From a virus (lineage: Duplodnaviria > Caudoviricetes), in IMG/VR virus record IMGVR_UViG_3300031555_003309, positions 1-64,000 of that record: 64,000 nucleotides of DNA; one strand, 5' to 3'. Below are positions 1 to 9,719 of the stretch, piece by piece (position 1 is the stretch's first letter; every line of letters starts with the position of its first letter). The notes under the pieces were generated by a model. The model was not told where the DNA came from. It searched no databases and worked only from the letters and a program-made list of their open reading frames with translations. A program made the translations under genes and the position numbers.

Positions 1-1
1 T

Positions 2-1255
2 GTTTGGAAACGTGAGTTAAGCTTATTCGAAGGACAAGTGAATTATGAATCAGTTTCTACGATATATTCACCATCACAAAATAATGATTCAGGAGATTCA
101 AATGGATCATCACAAGAAGAATTAGAAAGATTAAATTATTATGGTGATAAAGATATAGTTCCTACAGAGTCGGAATACATAATAGGTTCTGATGGTTCAT
201 TCTTTGTTGAAGAAGAGATAGATGTAGATACTTTTGTAGCTCCATATAAATTATCTGATGGTTCATTGGTTAGAGATCTTCACGACTTAAATATCAGAGC
301 TAATAAAATAATAATACCAAGTACTGTTACAGAATTTAGAGAAAATAGTTTTAGAGGTATAAAAGAAGTTATTATTCCAAAAAGTGTAAAAAATATATAT
401 TCAAGTGCTTTTAGGGATTCTATTATAACTGAAATTATAATTCCTAAGAATGTAGAAAAAATATATGAAGCTGCATTTAGTGATACCATTGAATTAAAAT
501 ATGTTTATTTTGAAAATGATAATGTTGAATTCTGTCATCCAAATATGTCTCCTGAAGATGGTGACTATGTATTTTATCTTAATGAGTGGTATTCAGATGA
601 TGAACCACCAAGAGCAATTGTAAATCCGAATTTAACATTTATTTGTAATCAAGGTTCTACAGCAGAAGCTTATGCTAAAAAATACGGAATTAAATATGAA
701 TATAATCACGTAGCTTCAAATAACGAAGATGGTAGAGCAACTAAAAAAGGTGGTTTTACAGCAGGAAGTTTACATGAAGATTATGCATATTACGAGGATA
801 ATTTTAGTGGTGTTCTTATAGGTGCAGAAGCAAATGCATCAATAGAAAGTTCAAATAGATCACCTGTAGTTATAGGACAAAAAGCATCAAGTTCTGATGG
901 TGGAGTTGTAATAGGTTGTGATGCAGGTAGTATAAACGATGGTGTAAGTATTGGATATGATGCACAAGGTGGCGGTGTAAGTATTGGATATAATGCAAAA
1001 GCAATTGGAACTATGGAATTCACTATGAACGGTGAAGTTATAGATGTTGCGGAAAATTATCCTCTCGATGCTATACAACTTGGAACAGGTACTAATGCCA
1101 ATAAAAAAACTTTCCAAGTATATGATTATCAGATGATGGATGCTCAAGGTAAAATTCCAGAAGAACGAATTTCTAATATGTTCTATTTAGATGGAGATAA
1201 TTTAAAAATCAACATTGGTGGAAAAACATTTACATTAACACCTGATAACGAATAA
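2..1255 (+). CDS. 5'-truncated fibre/adhesin-like protein with BspA-type leucine-rich repeats and YadA-head-like repeats
   Basis: Frame is open from position 2, upstream of the tracked GTG at 38. LRR_5 pattern (IIIPSTVTEF, VIIPKSVKNIYSSAF, IIIPKNVEKIYEAAF), the STAEAYAKKYGIKY cap, then GVVIGCDA/GVSIGYDA/GVSIGYNA repeats and AIQLG. Confidence 0.7.
   Translation, partial: VWKRELSLFEGQVNYESVSTIYSPSQNNDSGDSNGSSQEELERLNYYGDKDIVPTESEYIIGSDGSFFVEEEIDVDTFVAPYKLSDGSLVRDLHDLNIRANKIIIPSTVTEFRENSFRGIKEVIIPKSVKNIYSSAFRDSIITEIIIPKNVEKIYEAAFSDTIELKYVYFENDNVEFCHPNMSPEDGDYVFYLNEWYSDDEPPRAIVNPNLTFICNQGSTAEAYAKKYGIKYEYNHVASNNEDGRATKKGGFTAGSLHEDYAYYEDNFSGVLIGAEANASIESSNRSPVVIGQKASSSDGGVVIGCDAGSINDGVSIGYDAQGGGVSIGYNAKAIGTMEFTMNGEVIDVAENYPLDAIQLGTGTNANKKTFQVYDYQMMDAQGKIPEERISNMFYLDGDNLKINIGGKTFTLTPDNE
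941..997 (+). repeat. 24-bp direct repeat (23/24 identical) encoding two GVSIGY(D/N)A units
   Basis: ggtgtaagtattggatatgatgca at 941-964 and ggtgtaagtattggatataatgca at 974-997. Confidence 0.85.
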
Positions 1256-1266
1256 TAAAAATAAAA

Positions 1267-1300
1267 ATTTAGAGTCAGAGAATTTTCTCTGACTCTAAAT
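1267..1300 (+). terminator. Long hairpin, probable intrinsic terminator
   Basis: 16-bp perfect arms atttagagtcagagaa / ttctctgactctaaat just after a stop codon. Confidence 0.7.
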
Positions 1301-1304
1301 ATAT

Positions 1305-1319
1305 TAAAATACAAATATA
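1305..1319 (+). promoter_or_regulatory. Recurrent TAAAATAnAAnTATA motif (putative phage-sigma promoter)
   Basis: taaaatacaaatata between the hairpin and the RBS of the ORF at 1348; one of 10 exact intergenic copies seen. Confidence 0.55.
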
Positions 1320-1347
1320 AAGATTAATTAAAAGAGGTGATACATAA

Positions 1348-1881
1348 ATGGCATATGGAATTAGTGAATATCCTAATACATTTAAACGACAAGATTCTTT
1401 CCCATTAGATATGTATTCCAACTTTAAAAGCTATGAAGAAGCACTTAATTATGCTAATTATCATAAAGCTTCTTATGCAGGACAAATAATTACAGTAATA
1501 GAAAATGATATTGTAAGTGTTTATTATTTGCAAAAATCTGCAGATAGTGATAAAAGATTTGATTTGATTAGTAATACTCAGTCTGCATCATCTAATAATG
1601 TAGGAACTTGGACAGGAGCCATAATAGATGATTCAGTTTTATTCACCTATGATTTACAATTACCTTTAAATATAAATTATATAAAAATAAACAATGTTCC
1701 TTATATGTTCACTGAGGACATACGTATGACAAAAGATTTATTAGTGAATGGTACAGAATTTATATTTGGAACAACAAAATATGAAAATAATGAAATTATT
1801 TATAATGACATAATTAATGTTTCTATTAGTGTTTTAAAAGAAACAAATAATTTAATTATAGGTACATTTAAGCTTGTATAA
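1348..1881 (+). CDS. Putative virion fibre-associated protein, N-terminally paralogous to 13324
   Basis: FKRQDSFPLD...ALNYA...SYAGQIITV matches FTRTGALPLD...AQEYA...SYPGQFITV; RBS gaggtga. Confidence 0.55.
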   Translation: MAYGISEYPNTFKRQDSFPLDMYSNFKSYEEALNYANYHKASYAGQIITVIENDIVSVYYLQKSADSDKRFDLISNTQSASSNNVGTWTGAIIDDSVLFTYDLQLPLNINYIKINNVPYMFTEDIRMTKDLLVNGTEFIFGTTKYENNEIIYNDIINVSISVLKETNNLIIGTFKLV

Positions 1882-1899
1882 TAGAAGGGGTGTATTAGT

Positions 1900-2142
1900 A
1901 TGAAAAATGTTAAATCGGATACTATCGCAAGAACAGTATGTTTATTACTTGCAATTATAAATCAAGTTTTAGCAGTAGCTGGAAAAGAAATTTTACCATT
2001 TGCTGAAAATGATGTTTATCAATTATGTTCGTTACTTGCAACAATTGTTAGTTCTGCAGTTGCTTGGTGGAAAAATAATTCATTTACACCTGAAGCAATT
2101 ACATGTGATGAAAAGTTGGCTGAATTAAAAAGTAATAAATAA
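1900..2142 (+). CDS. Holin, SPP1-like family
   Basis: 80 aa with two hydrophobic helices; TIARTVCLLLAIINQVL...G..LP and AWWKNNSFT signature. Confidence 0.85.
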   Translation: MKNVKSDTIARTVCLLLAIINQVLAVAGKEILPFAENDVYQLCSLLATIVSSAVAWWKNNSFTPEAITCDEKLAELKSNK

Positions 2143-2188
2143 TATAACTATAAAACATAAATAATAAATCAATCTAAACAATTATCAC

Positions 2189-2243
2189 GACGTTAAATAT
2201 TTATTTGTAAATATAATTTTTATAAATATTTAACGTCTTTTTT
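2189..2243 (+). terminator. Intrinsic terminator
   Basis: 16-bp arms gacgttaaatatttat / ataaatatttaacgtc followed by a T-run. Confidence 0.7.
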
Positions 2244-2280
2244 AATAAAATAGAAAAATTTAATCAGAGGAGACTTAAGT

Positions 2281-2682
2281 ATGAGCGATACAGTATTAAT
2301 AGGACTTATAACAGGTAGCATTTCTCTAATAGCAGGGAGCGGAGGTATGTTTGTTTTTCTTAATAATAGACAAAAAAATAAACAAGATGAACACACCGAT
2401 GCAGTATCAGAATGGATGAAGTTATATGACGAAATGAAAGAAAGATTAGATAAACAAGAAGAAGAAAATGATAAATTAAAAGATGAATTAAGAGAATTAC
2501 GTCAAAGTGTTAGTGATTTAAATACAAAATTAGAAAATTATAAAACATATGACGCTTATATTGCATCTTTAGAAAATTATATAGATCATTTATTAAATAC
2601 CATCAAAACTGTTTCTACAGAAGAAGCATATAAAAATGCTAGTTTAAAAAGACCTGTAAAAAAATCTACAGTGCAAGTGTGA
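2281..2682 (+). CDS. Membrane-anchored coiled-coil protein, possible second lysis/holin-like protein
   Basis: One N-terminal TM segment (VLIGLITGSISLIAGSGGMFVFL), then a heptad coiled coil; next to the holin. Confidence 0.5.
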   Translation: MSDTVLIGLITGSISLIAGSGGMFVFLNNRQKNKQDEHTDAVSEWMKLYDEMKERLDKQEEENDKLKDELRELRQSVSDLNTKLENYKTYDAYIASLENYIDHLLNTIKTVSTEEAYKNASLKRPVKKSTVQV

Positions 2683-2693
2683 GGTGGTGTTAA

Positions 2694-2993
2694 ATGAAAT
2701 TACAAGATGTAACTAAAGGAGAATTAATTTTAACGTTACATGTTAAAGCTGATGAAATTTGGCCTATCCAATATGATAATGTATCTACATTGAATATTGT
2801 GAATTATACAGATGGAGCAATTTTTGCTTCAGAAAATAATAATTTTGAAATAAATAATAATGTTGGAAAATATCTAACTATTACTGATGGAAATGCGTAT
2901 AATGAATATGTTTTCTATAAATCAGGAAAAAATACAATATACATAAAAACTGAAGGAGACGGTTTTGTATGTGTAATTAAGAAACGTTGGTGA
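2694..2993 (+). CDS. Small beta-rich hypothetical protein
   Basis: RBS gaggtgg; compact ORF in the operon. Confidence 0.55.
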   Translation: MKLQDVTKGELILTLHVKADEIWPIQYDNVSTLNIVNYTDGAIFASENNNFEINNNVGKYLTITDGNAYNEYVFYKSGKNTIYIKTEGDGFVCVIKKRW

Positions 2994-2997
2994 TAAT

Positions 2998-4944
2998 ATG
3001 GGCTTTTTGTTCGGTATACCTAAAAAACTAATAAAAAGAATTACAGAAATTGAAATAGATACTCATTATTATGATACCGATGTTGTTCCTTCTAATCAAA
3101 GTTTATTCACTTATGAAATAGATGCAGAAAATAAAACTGCAATTATAACAGGATTAACTGATGAAGGTAAAAGAAGAAACAGTTTGGTAATACCATATAG
3201 AATAAAATATGGACATGATACATCTCCATTATATGCAAATGTAATTGCATTAAAAGATAATTGTTTTAAAAATAATTCTAATTTAAAAGATATAGTAATT
3301 CCTAATACTATTCATGAAATTCCAAAAGGAGCTTTTCAAGATTGTATTAATTTAAATAAAGTAACAATTCCTAAATCAATAAATCATATATACGAATATG
3401 CATTTGATAATTGTTATTCATTAGGCGGTCTTCTTATTCCTTATCAAGTAGATATAATAGAAGAAAATGCATTTAATAATTGTTTACTCAATGATAGTAA
3501 TTTTAATATTATTTGTTATAAAAATTCTCCAGCAGAATCATTTGCAATAGCGAATAATATACCTTATTCATTGATATCTTATAGAACAGGTATCATTGAA
3601 GAAAATAGTGATAATTTAGTTACAAGTCATGATATTTGGAGTGCTTTTAAACATATTCATGATAGATTGATAATTGCTAAAAATGAATTAACTGATAAAA
3701 TTAATACCGCTGTTCTTAATTTAACAAATCATATTAACGGAGTAGATGAAAAATTAACTAATAGTATAAACAATACTAACATAAATTTAAATGCACTTAA
3801 TGATGATTTAAATGAACATATAAGTAATAAGATTAATCCTCATGATGATAGTTCATTTACAAATACATCTTTAAATGGTGTTACTAATATTAATGAAGGA
3901 TTATTAACTAATGTCAGTGATAATGATTTATCATTAGTGAATAAAAAATATTTAAAAGATGCAATACAATCAATAGATGTAAATGTAGATGGTTTAGATA
4001 TAAGTGGTTTACAAAAGGTTTATGATTCAAACTTAATAACTACTAATAAAACTATAGTAGGTGCTATAAATGAATCAGTGAATAGAATACATAGTATTTC
4101 TGGAAAATTATTAGCAGGTTGGAATACTGTAAGTTTAGATTATTTATATCCCATAGGCTGGTCGTTTTTAGATAAGCCATATTGTTATACAGAAAATGGG
4201 GTAAGTGTAGATTTTAGAGTAAAAGAGTTACAACCTACTGAATTTAATATTATAAATAATTCTAATACATTTAACATGTATGTACCTATTGCATGTAATT
4301 ATTCATTATCTACAGTTGAAAATAATATAATTTCGGGATTTCCTATTGATTATCTCGTTATTAGTTACTATTATACAGGAAATGATGGTACTGATTTAGA
4401 TACTGTAACAGAAATTACAAATCCTAATTGGCCGACGACTATAAGAAAAAATATAGGATATGGATATAATCCAGATAGACCTATAACATTTAATAATATG
4501 GAACTAATTAAATTTTCTGGTGATAATACAGGTGGTGGTATCGCTCATGCCAATGATAAGTTTTACGAGTGTGTATATTTTAATATTAAAGCTATTCAAG
4601 AAATATTAACAGATGAAGATATTGAAATTATTTTATATGCAAGTTGGTATAAATCACGTGGAAATGGACACATAAATATTTCACTTCAAGCTTATGCAAA
4701 TGAAAAAACTCCTACAGTTGTAGATTTAGGAAATACATTTGCTGTAAAAGTAGATGATGTAGAGCTTAATCCTACATATAAAAATGTAAGTGAAATAGAA
4801 TGTTATATTGAAAGTTTTAGTAATAGTAATAAATCTTATTCTGAAAATTATACAACCAAATATACTCCCGCTTTTAAAATTATATTCCATAAAACAACAA
4901 ATGATTCAAATTATAGAACGGTTACAATAGTACCATTGAGTTAA
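2998..4944 (+). CDS. Tail fibre/receptor-binding-like protein with BspA LRRs
   Basis: LRR_5 repeats (LKDIVIPNTIHEIPKGAFQDCINLNKVTIPKSI), a coiled coil, the fibre motif LITTNKTIVGAINE and a C-terminal beta domain (DGTDLDT...FSGDNTGG). Confidence 0.7.
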   Translation: MGFLFGIPKKLIKRITEIEIDTHYYDTDVVPSNQSLFTYEIDAENKTAIITGLTDEGKRRNSLVIPYRIKYGHDTSPLYANVIALKDNCFKNNSNLKDIVIPNTIHEIPKGAFQDCINLNKVTIPKSINHIYEYAFDNCYSLGGLLIPYQVDIIEENAFNNCLLNDSNFNIICYKNSPAESFAIANNIPYSLISYRTGIIEENSDNLVTSHDIWSAFKHIHDRLIIAKNELTDKINTAVLNLTNHINGVDEKLTNSINNTNINLNALNDDLNEHISNKINPHDDSSFTNTSLNGVTNINEGLLTNVSDNDLSLVNKKYLKDAIQSIDVNVDGLDISGLQKVYDSNLITTNKTIVGAINESVNRIHSISGKLLAGWNTVSLDYLYPIGWSFLDKPYCYTENGVSVDFRVKELQPTEFNIINNSNTFNMYVPIACNYSLSTVENNIISGFPIDYLVISYYYTGNDGTDLDTVTEITNPNWPTTIRKNIGYGYNPDRPITFNNMELIKFSGDNTGGGIAHANDKFYECVYFNIKAIQEILTDEDIEIILYASWYKSRGNGHINISLQAYANEKTPTVVDLGNTFAVKVDDVELNPTYKNVSEIECYIESFSNSNKSYSENYTTKYTPAFKIIFHKTTNDSNYRTVTIVPLS

Positions 4945-4956
4945 GGAGTTGAAAAA

Positions 4957-5223
4957 ATGATAATAGAAACAATAGAATTATTTAATGAACATGAGTTAAC
5001 AATTGATGAATTAACAGAAAACATCAATAATGGAGTATACGATGATATTTTAAACGATTATTCATTTTTAATATTTACAGATAAAGGCGTAGTTAAAGTA
5101 AAAAGAGATAAATCGATAACATATAATGTTCTTATTGATAATTCAAAGTTAATGTCAGAAATAAATGATCTGAAACAACAAGTGCAAGATTTAACAGCGA
5201 TTGTAAATTCATTAAATACATGA
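4957..5223 (+). CDS. Small protein with C-terminal coiled coil
   Basis: RBS aaggag; ends INDLKQQVQDLTAIV. Confidence 0.5.
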   Translation: MIIETIELFNEHELTIDELTENINNGVYDDILNDYSFLIFTDKGVVKVKRDKSITYNVLIDNSKLMSEINDLKQQVQDLTAIVNSLNT

Positions 5224-5237
5224 TAGGAGATGAAAAT

Positions 5238-6146
5238 ATGCAACTATATGGAGCGATTCCAAGTCCAAAAGACGATAGAGATTATAAATTTGGTAGTTTG
5301 TGTGGACAAGTTAGTGAAATTTTACCTTATACAAACTTATCGGATGAACCTATGAAAGATCAAGAACAAACATCTATGTGTGGTGCATTTGCAGGAACAT
5401 CATATAGATATTCTCAAGAATGGTATCAAAATGGAAATACAGACTTATTTAGTTGTACAATGTTATATGGTGCAGATTCTACGTATTCAGGTGAAGGCAT
5501 GTATGGAAGAACACTTGCAAAATTACTTATTAATAGAATATGCAAAACATATGTATGGGAAACTCTTGGAACTAAATCAGAATGTAAAAAACTATTTAAA
5601 TATTATAAAGATAATGAAACTATAAAAAATGATTTTAAAAAATACAGAACTTCTAGTTATTATTTTTGTGATAATTGGACTGAAGTATTACAAGCAATAA
5701 GAACCACGAATGGTTGCATTTTAATGTTAGGTGTTTATGATTCATGGTATAATGATAATGAAGTTTTAGGCTTAATCGGAAAAAATACAGGTAAACTACA
5801 TGGTTATCATTTTGTTTTTGCTAAAGATTATATAAAAAAAGATAATGGAGCTTATAGAATAAGATTTAAAAATTCATGGGGTGCTTATTGGGGAGATTCT
5901 GGATACGGTTATATAGATACAGATACTAATGATTTTGAAGAAGCATTTGCAATTGTAGATGATGTAGAAGAGGTGAAGAGAAAGATGTATAGTGATATTA
6001 AACAAGATGCTTGGTATTATGAAAGTGTAAAAAAAGTGAGTGAAGCTGGTTTAATGAAAGGTTATGAAGATAATACATTTAAACCTGATAAACCTATTAC
6101 TCGTGCAGAAATGGCTACTATATTATGTAGACTTAAAAATTTATAA
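5238..6146 (+). CDS. Papain-like (C1) cysteine peptidase with C-terminal SLH domain
   Basis: PSPKDDRDY leader; catalytic set DQ...SMCGAFA (Q, C), GYHFVF (H), KNSWG..WGDSGYG (N); SLH YSDIKQDAWYYESV...GLMKGYEDNTFKPDKPITRAEMA. Start moved to ATG 5238 (RBS aggag). Confidence 0.9.
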   Translation: MQLYGAIPSPKDDRDYKFGSLCGQVSEILPYTNLSDEPMKDQEQTSMCGAFAGTSYRYSQEWYQNGNTDLFSCTMLYGADSTYSGEGMYGRTLAKLLINRICKTYVWETLGTKSECKKLFKYYKDNETIKNDFKKYRTSSYYFCDNWTEVLQAIRTTNGCILMLGVYDSWYNDNEVLGLIGKNTGKLHGYHFVFAKDYIKKDNGAYRIRFKNSWGAYWGDSGYGYIDTDTNDFEEAFAIVDDVEEVKRKMYSDIKQDAWYYESVKKVSEAGLMKGYEDNTFKPDKPITRAEMATILCRLKNL

Positions 6147-6169
6147 TTGAAGGAGTTTGATATTTTAAT

Positions 6170-6562
6170 ATGAATTATCAACTTGGTGATATAATAGAAG
6201 GACAAATAACAGGAATTAAGCCGTATGGACTATTTATTAAATTTGAAGATAAATATGGATTTTGTCACATTTCAAATGCTTCAAAAAGATTTATAAAAAA
6301 TTTGAATGACGAATTTTCATTAAATCAAACTGTTAAAGCTAAAATAGTTCAAATAGATGATAAATTTAATGTATCTATAAAAGAAGTTGAATCAGATAAT
6401 ATTTCTGATAAACACAGAACCATTCAGAATAAATCTAAACGTGGTTCTAATATAAATAATAATAAAGAATCATTTGAAGACATGTTGAAACATTTTTTAA
6501 AAAATTCAGATGAAAAAATAGATTCAATAAATAAAAGAACAAAAAAACATACTAAAAGATAA
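6170..6562 (+). CDS. S1 RNA-binding domain protein, YabR/YugI(GSP13)-like
   Basis: GDIIEGQITGIKPYGLFIKF..GFCHIS..VKAKIV S1 fold plus the SFEDMLKHFLKNSDEK tail. Confidence 0.85.
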   Translation: MNYQLGDIIEGQITGIKPYGLFIKFEDKYGFCHISNASKRFIKNLNDEFSLNQTVKAKIVQIDDKFNVSIKEVESDNISDKHRTIQNKSKRGSNINNNKESFEDMLKHFLKNSDEKIDSINKRTKKHTKR

Positions 6563-6588
6563 AAGGATACTCTTACGTATCCTTTTTT
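6561..6588 (+). terminator. Intrinsic terminator
   Basis: aaaaggatac-tcttac-gtatcctttttt. Confidence 0.75.
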
Positions 6589-6591
6589 AAA

Positions 6592-6606
6592 TAAAATATA
6601 ATTATA
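6592..6606 (+). promoter_or_regulatory. TAAAATAnAAnTATA motif
   Basis: taaaatataattata directly after the terminator, before the RBS of 6638. Confidence 0.55.
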
Positions 6607-6637
6607 AGATCATTTAATATAAGGTGGTGAGATTAAA

Positions 6638-7081
6638 ATGTCTCAAAACACAAATAACATATTTTATAAAGAAGATATAAAAGATAATTCTTATTCTATC
6701 AATAAAACCAATATAACAGATATAGATATTATTAAAAAAATATCTAATAGATTGATTATTAAAAAAGAAACAAATAACACAGGTAAAATTTATTTTGATT
6801 ATGCAGATGATAATAGAATTGAAATTACTTCAGATATTAGAATATGGTTTTATGATTTTAATGATTATTTAAAAGAAGATTCTAATGGAGATATTTTTAT
6901 TAATAAAAATGAACCTATAGTTTATATTCGTTCAGGATTAAACGATATAACAGAAATAAGAATAGGAGATTTAATATTTACTCATAATCAAATTGCAGTA
7001 ATAACCAATGTATCAATAAATGTTATAAAAATTAAATTAGTATATTCTAGAAAACCATTAAAGTGGAATGATAAATTTTGA
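6638..7081 (+). CDS. Fibre-module paralog (hypothetical structural protein)
   Basis: NRLII...GKIYFDYADDNRIEIT is shared with 10068 and 14542. Confidence 0.5.
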   Translation: MSQNTNNIFYKEDIKDNSYSINKTNITDIDIIKKISNRLIIKKETNNTGKIYFDYADDNRIEITSDIRIWFYDFNDYLKEDSNGDIFINKNEPIVYIRSGLNDITEIRIGDLIFTHNQIAVITNVSINVIKIKLVYSRKPLKWNDKF

Positions 7082-7089
7082 GGTAGCAT

Positions 7090-7341
7090 ATGAATAGTGT
7101 TTGTGAATATATTATTAATTGGCAAAAAGAAAATGATACTGAATTTAAACCGATACCTACAGATTTACATGCGAAATTAGTTTTAAACAACTTAAATGTT
7201 ATTGTAACTTTTATATTTTCTACAAAAAATAAAATGCATGAATGTATAAATTCAATAAACAACAATATATTAAATTTTGATTATATATTAGAACAAGAAG
7301 ATGGTTTGACATATTATTGGTTTAATAAGGAAAAGATGTGA
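7090..7341 (+). CDS. Hypothetical protein
   Basis: RBS gaggt; stop overlaps the next start. Confidence 0.5.
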   Translation: MNSVCEYIINWQKENDTEFKPIPTDLHAKLVLNNLNVIVTFIFSTKNKMHECINSINNNILNFDYILEQEDGLTYYWFNKEKM

Positions 7342-7619
7342 CAATTATGAAGCGTAAAATAAAAGGTTTTGATTTAACACAAATCATAAGTAAAGGTAAA
7401 GCTCCTATGGAATATAAATGTTCACATTGTAATAATTGCTTTATGATATCTGTAAATATAAAAAATAATTATTATAATAAACAAATTGTAACTTGTAATA
7501 AATGTGGATGGAAATTTAGTATAGGACAAATATATAATTTTAATAGTTATAGATCATTAGGTGATAGATTAGATAGTAGATATAGTCATAAAAATTTTGA
7601 TAAACAAATTTGGGAATAA
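7338..7619 (+). CDS. Zinc-ribbon protein
   Basis: CSHC...CNKC pair. Confidence 0.55.
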   Translation: MTIMKRKIKGFDLTQIISKGKAPMEYKCSHCNNCFMISVNIKNNYYNKQIVTCNKCGWKFSIGQIYNFNSYRSLGDRLDSRYSHKNFDKQIWE

Positions 7620-7636
7620 TGAGAGGTAAACCATAA

Positions 7637-8452
7637 ATGACGATTGGAAAAGATTCAACTTTAAAATGTAATGTTAAAGGTATATATGTAATATTAAACT
7701 TTTCTGAAGGTCAATGCGTGTCATTTAAAGAAGAAAATACAAATTTATTAAATGATAACAATGTTACTCTTTCTCATATAAATAAAATTATAAAAAATAG
7801 GACTACAACATTTGTAGGAGAAGTTAAAGCTGTTTTAACTATATTTAAAAAAGATTTCAAATATGTGTATGAAAAATCTACTAATGATTTTTTACAAACC
7901 ATTATGAATTGTATAATTGATGAAAATTATTTAACATATGTTAATTGCCTTATTTGGGGTTATCCTGATGGAATTGATACTTATGATGAAAATTATACAT
8001 GCGATTTATGTAAATTATTTAGCACTTTTTATAAAGTACCTAAACTTAAACTATTATATTCAATAAACAATAAAAAATTAAAAAATATTTTATATAAATG
8101 GTTAGATGATGTAGTATTTAATAACATATTAATTGATGGTAAATATGTATTTTATTGTTATAATTTATTAGATAAATATAAAATACAAAATGATATCATA
8201 AAATGGATTAAAAGAAATAATAATTATGATTTATACTTAAATATAGATAATAAGCTATTATCGATTGATACATCTTTATTATATGCAACAGATGATAATG
8301 ATTTAATAGAAGATAATATGATTTATATGTTAAAAGATAAATTAGTTTCGCATAATATTTTTAATACTATATATGAAAATATTATTCAATTGGATAACAT
8401 AAAATTTGTTAATGGAAGATTTAAATTAATAAACATAGGAGATGATAAATAA
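7637..8452 (+). CDS. Hypothetical protein
   Basis: 271-aa ORF with RBS gagagg; no recognisable motif. Confidence 0.55.
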   Translation: MTIGKDSTLKCNVKGIYVILNFSEGQCVSFKEENTNLLNDNNVTLSHINKIIKNRTTTFVGEVKAVLTIFKKDFKYVYEKSTNDFLQTIMNCIIDENYLTYVNCLIWGYPDGIDTYDENYTCDLCKLFSTFYKVPKLKLLYSINNKKLKNILYKWLDDVVFNNILIDGKYVFYCYNLLDKYKIQNDIIKWIKRNNNYDLYLNIDNKLLSIDTSLLYATDDNDLIEDNMIYMLKDKLVSHNIFNTIYENIIQLDNIKFVNGRFKLINIGDDK

Positions 8453-9699
8453 TGAGTGAGTCTTTAAATACAGGAAAATTATTTAAAGTTGTAGAAACCA
8501 ACAATGTAGATGCTGTTAATTTTGCACAAGGTCAATTCATTATACATGATGATGGTAGATTATTTTATGATTCTAGTGTAGCTACTAGTGTGAATGATAG
8601 AATTCAATTAACAGATAATAATAAAGTTACTAAGATTGTTAGAAATGATAATGTTGAAACAGATGAACAATTACTAAATAGTATTCAATCTCCAACTAAT
8701 GGTGATATTTGTATTATATGCAGAAATATTATATTGGATAAATATGAATTTAAAGGTTACATTAGATATGACGAATGGATTCCTTTAAGTTCAGATTATA
8801 CAGTAGATAATATTTATTTTAACGAAGATATAGTGGGTTCTGTTGCTTTAGGTGGAAAAGAATTAAATGAAAATGGAGTATGTGTTTATGATTTTGCAGG
8901 AAAATCGGTAAAAGATGCTTTTATAGAAATGTTAGCTCCTACAATATATCCTACTGTTGTTCAACCAAGTGCTAAATTTACATATACCAATGGAGAAAAC
9001 GGTGCTAAACTTGAAACAAAATATGAAAAAGGAACAACTATTAATCCTGCATACAAAATAGTGTTCGATAAAGGTTCATATAGTTTTGGTCCTTCTGATA
9101 CAGGCGTAGTTCCTACTTATAAAGTTATTGATTCTAAAAACAATGAAAGAGGAGGATCTACAGGAGTATTTAATAGTATTATTCTTAATGATGATTATAG
9201 TATGACCGCTACCGTTAATTACACTGGAGGAGACAGACCTAATACTTCTCCAACAGGTACATCTCTCGAGCATGCAATTGTCGCAGGAAGTATATCTGAT
9301 ATCTTTAGTATTTCTTCTTTTTATTCAGGTGGATATTATGGTTCATTAAACGTTGATAATCCTGATAATCATGTTATCGATAATTCAAATGTAAGAACGT
9401 TATTAAAGTCTATGGGAGATGTAAAAGCCGGTAACAAAATTAAATTTACAATTAATTCAGGTTCAACTGTAGTATATGTATTGGTAGCAAATGGAAAAAA
9501 TATAAAATCAGTATATAATTCAACGGTGTATGCAGAAATGTTAAATTCATTCATATATCAAAATACTATAACTATTTACGGTGGTGCTAATGTTAATGCA
9601 GGAACTGATTCATCAATAAGATGTGATTATAAAGTATATAAATTTGTACCTGCGGAAGCATATTCTGAACTAGCTAATATTGAAATAACTATAGGTTGA
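8452..9699 (+). CDS. Virion fibre/decoration protein, paralog of 11690
   Basis: Colinear similarity to 11690 (LFKVVET, GQFIIHDDG, GDICII, DYTVDNIYF, GKSVKD, EKGTTINP..FDKGSYSFG). Confidence 0.6.
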   Translation: MSESLNTGKLFKVVETNNVDAVNFAQGQFIIHDDGRLFYDSSVATSVNDRIQLTDNNKVTKIVRNDNVETDEQLLNSIQSPTNGDICIICRNIILDKYEFKGYIRYDEWIPLSSDYTVDNIYFNEDIVGSVALGGKELNENGVCVYDFAGKSVKDAFIEMLAPTIYPTVVQPSAKFTYTNGENGAKLETKYEKGTTINPAYKIVFDKGSYSFGPSDTGVVPTYKVIDSKNNERGGSTGVFNSIILNDDYSMTATVNYTGGDRPNTSPTGTSLEHAIVAGSISDIFSISSFYSGGYYGSLNVDNPDNHVIDNSNVRTLLKSMGDVKAGNKIKFTINSGSTVVYVLVANGKNIKSVYNSTVYAEMLNSFIYQNTITIYGGANVNAGTDSSIRCDYKVYKFVPAEAYSELANIEITIG

Positions 9700-9719
9700 T
9701 ATAGAAAGAAGGTTAAATT

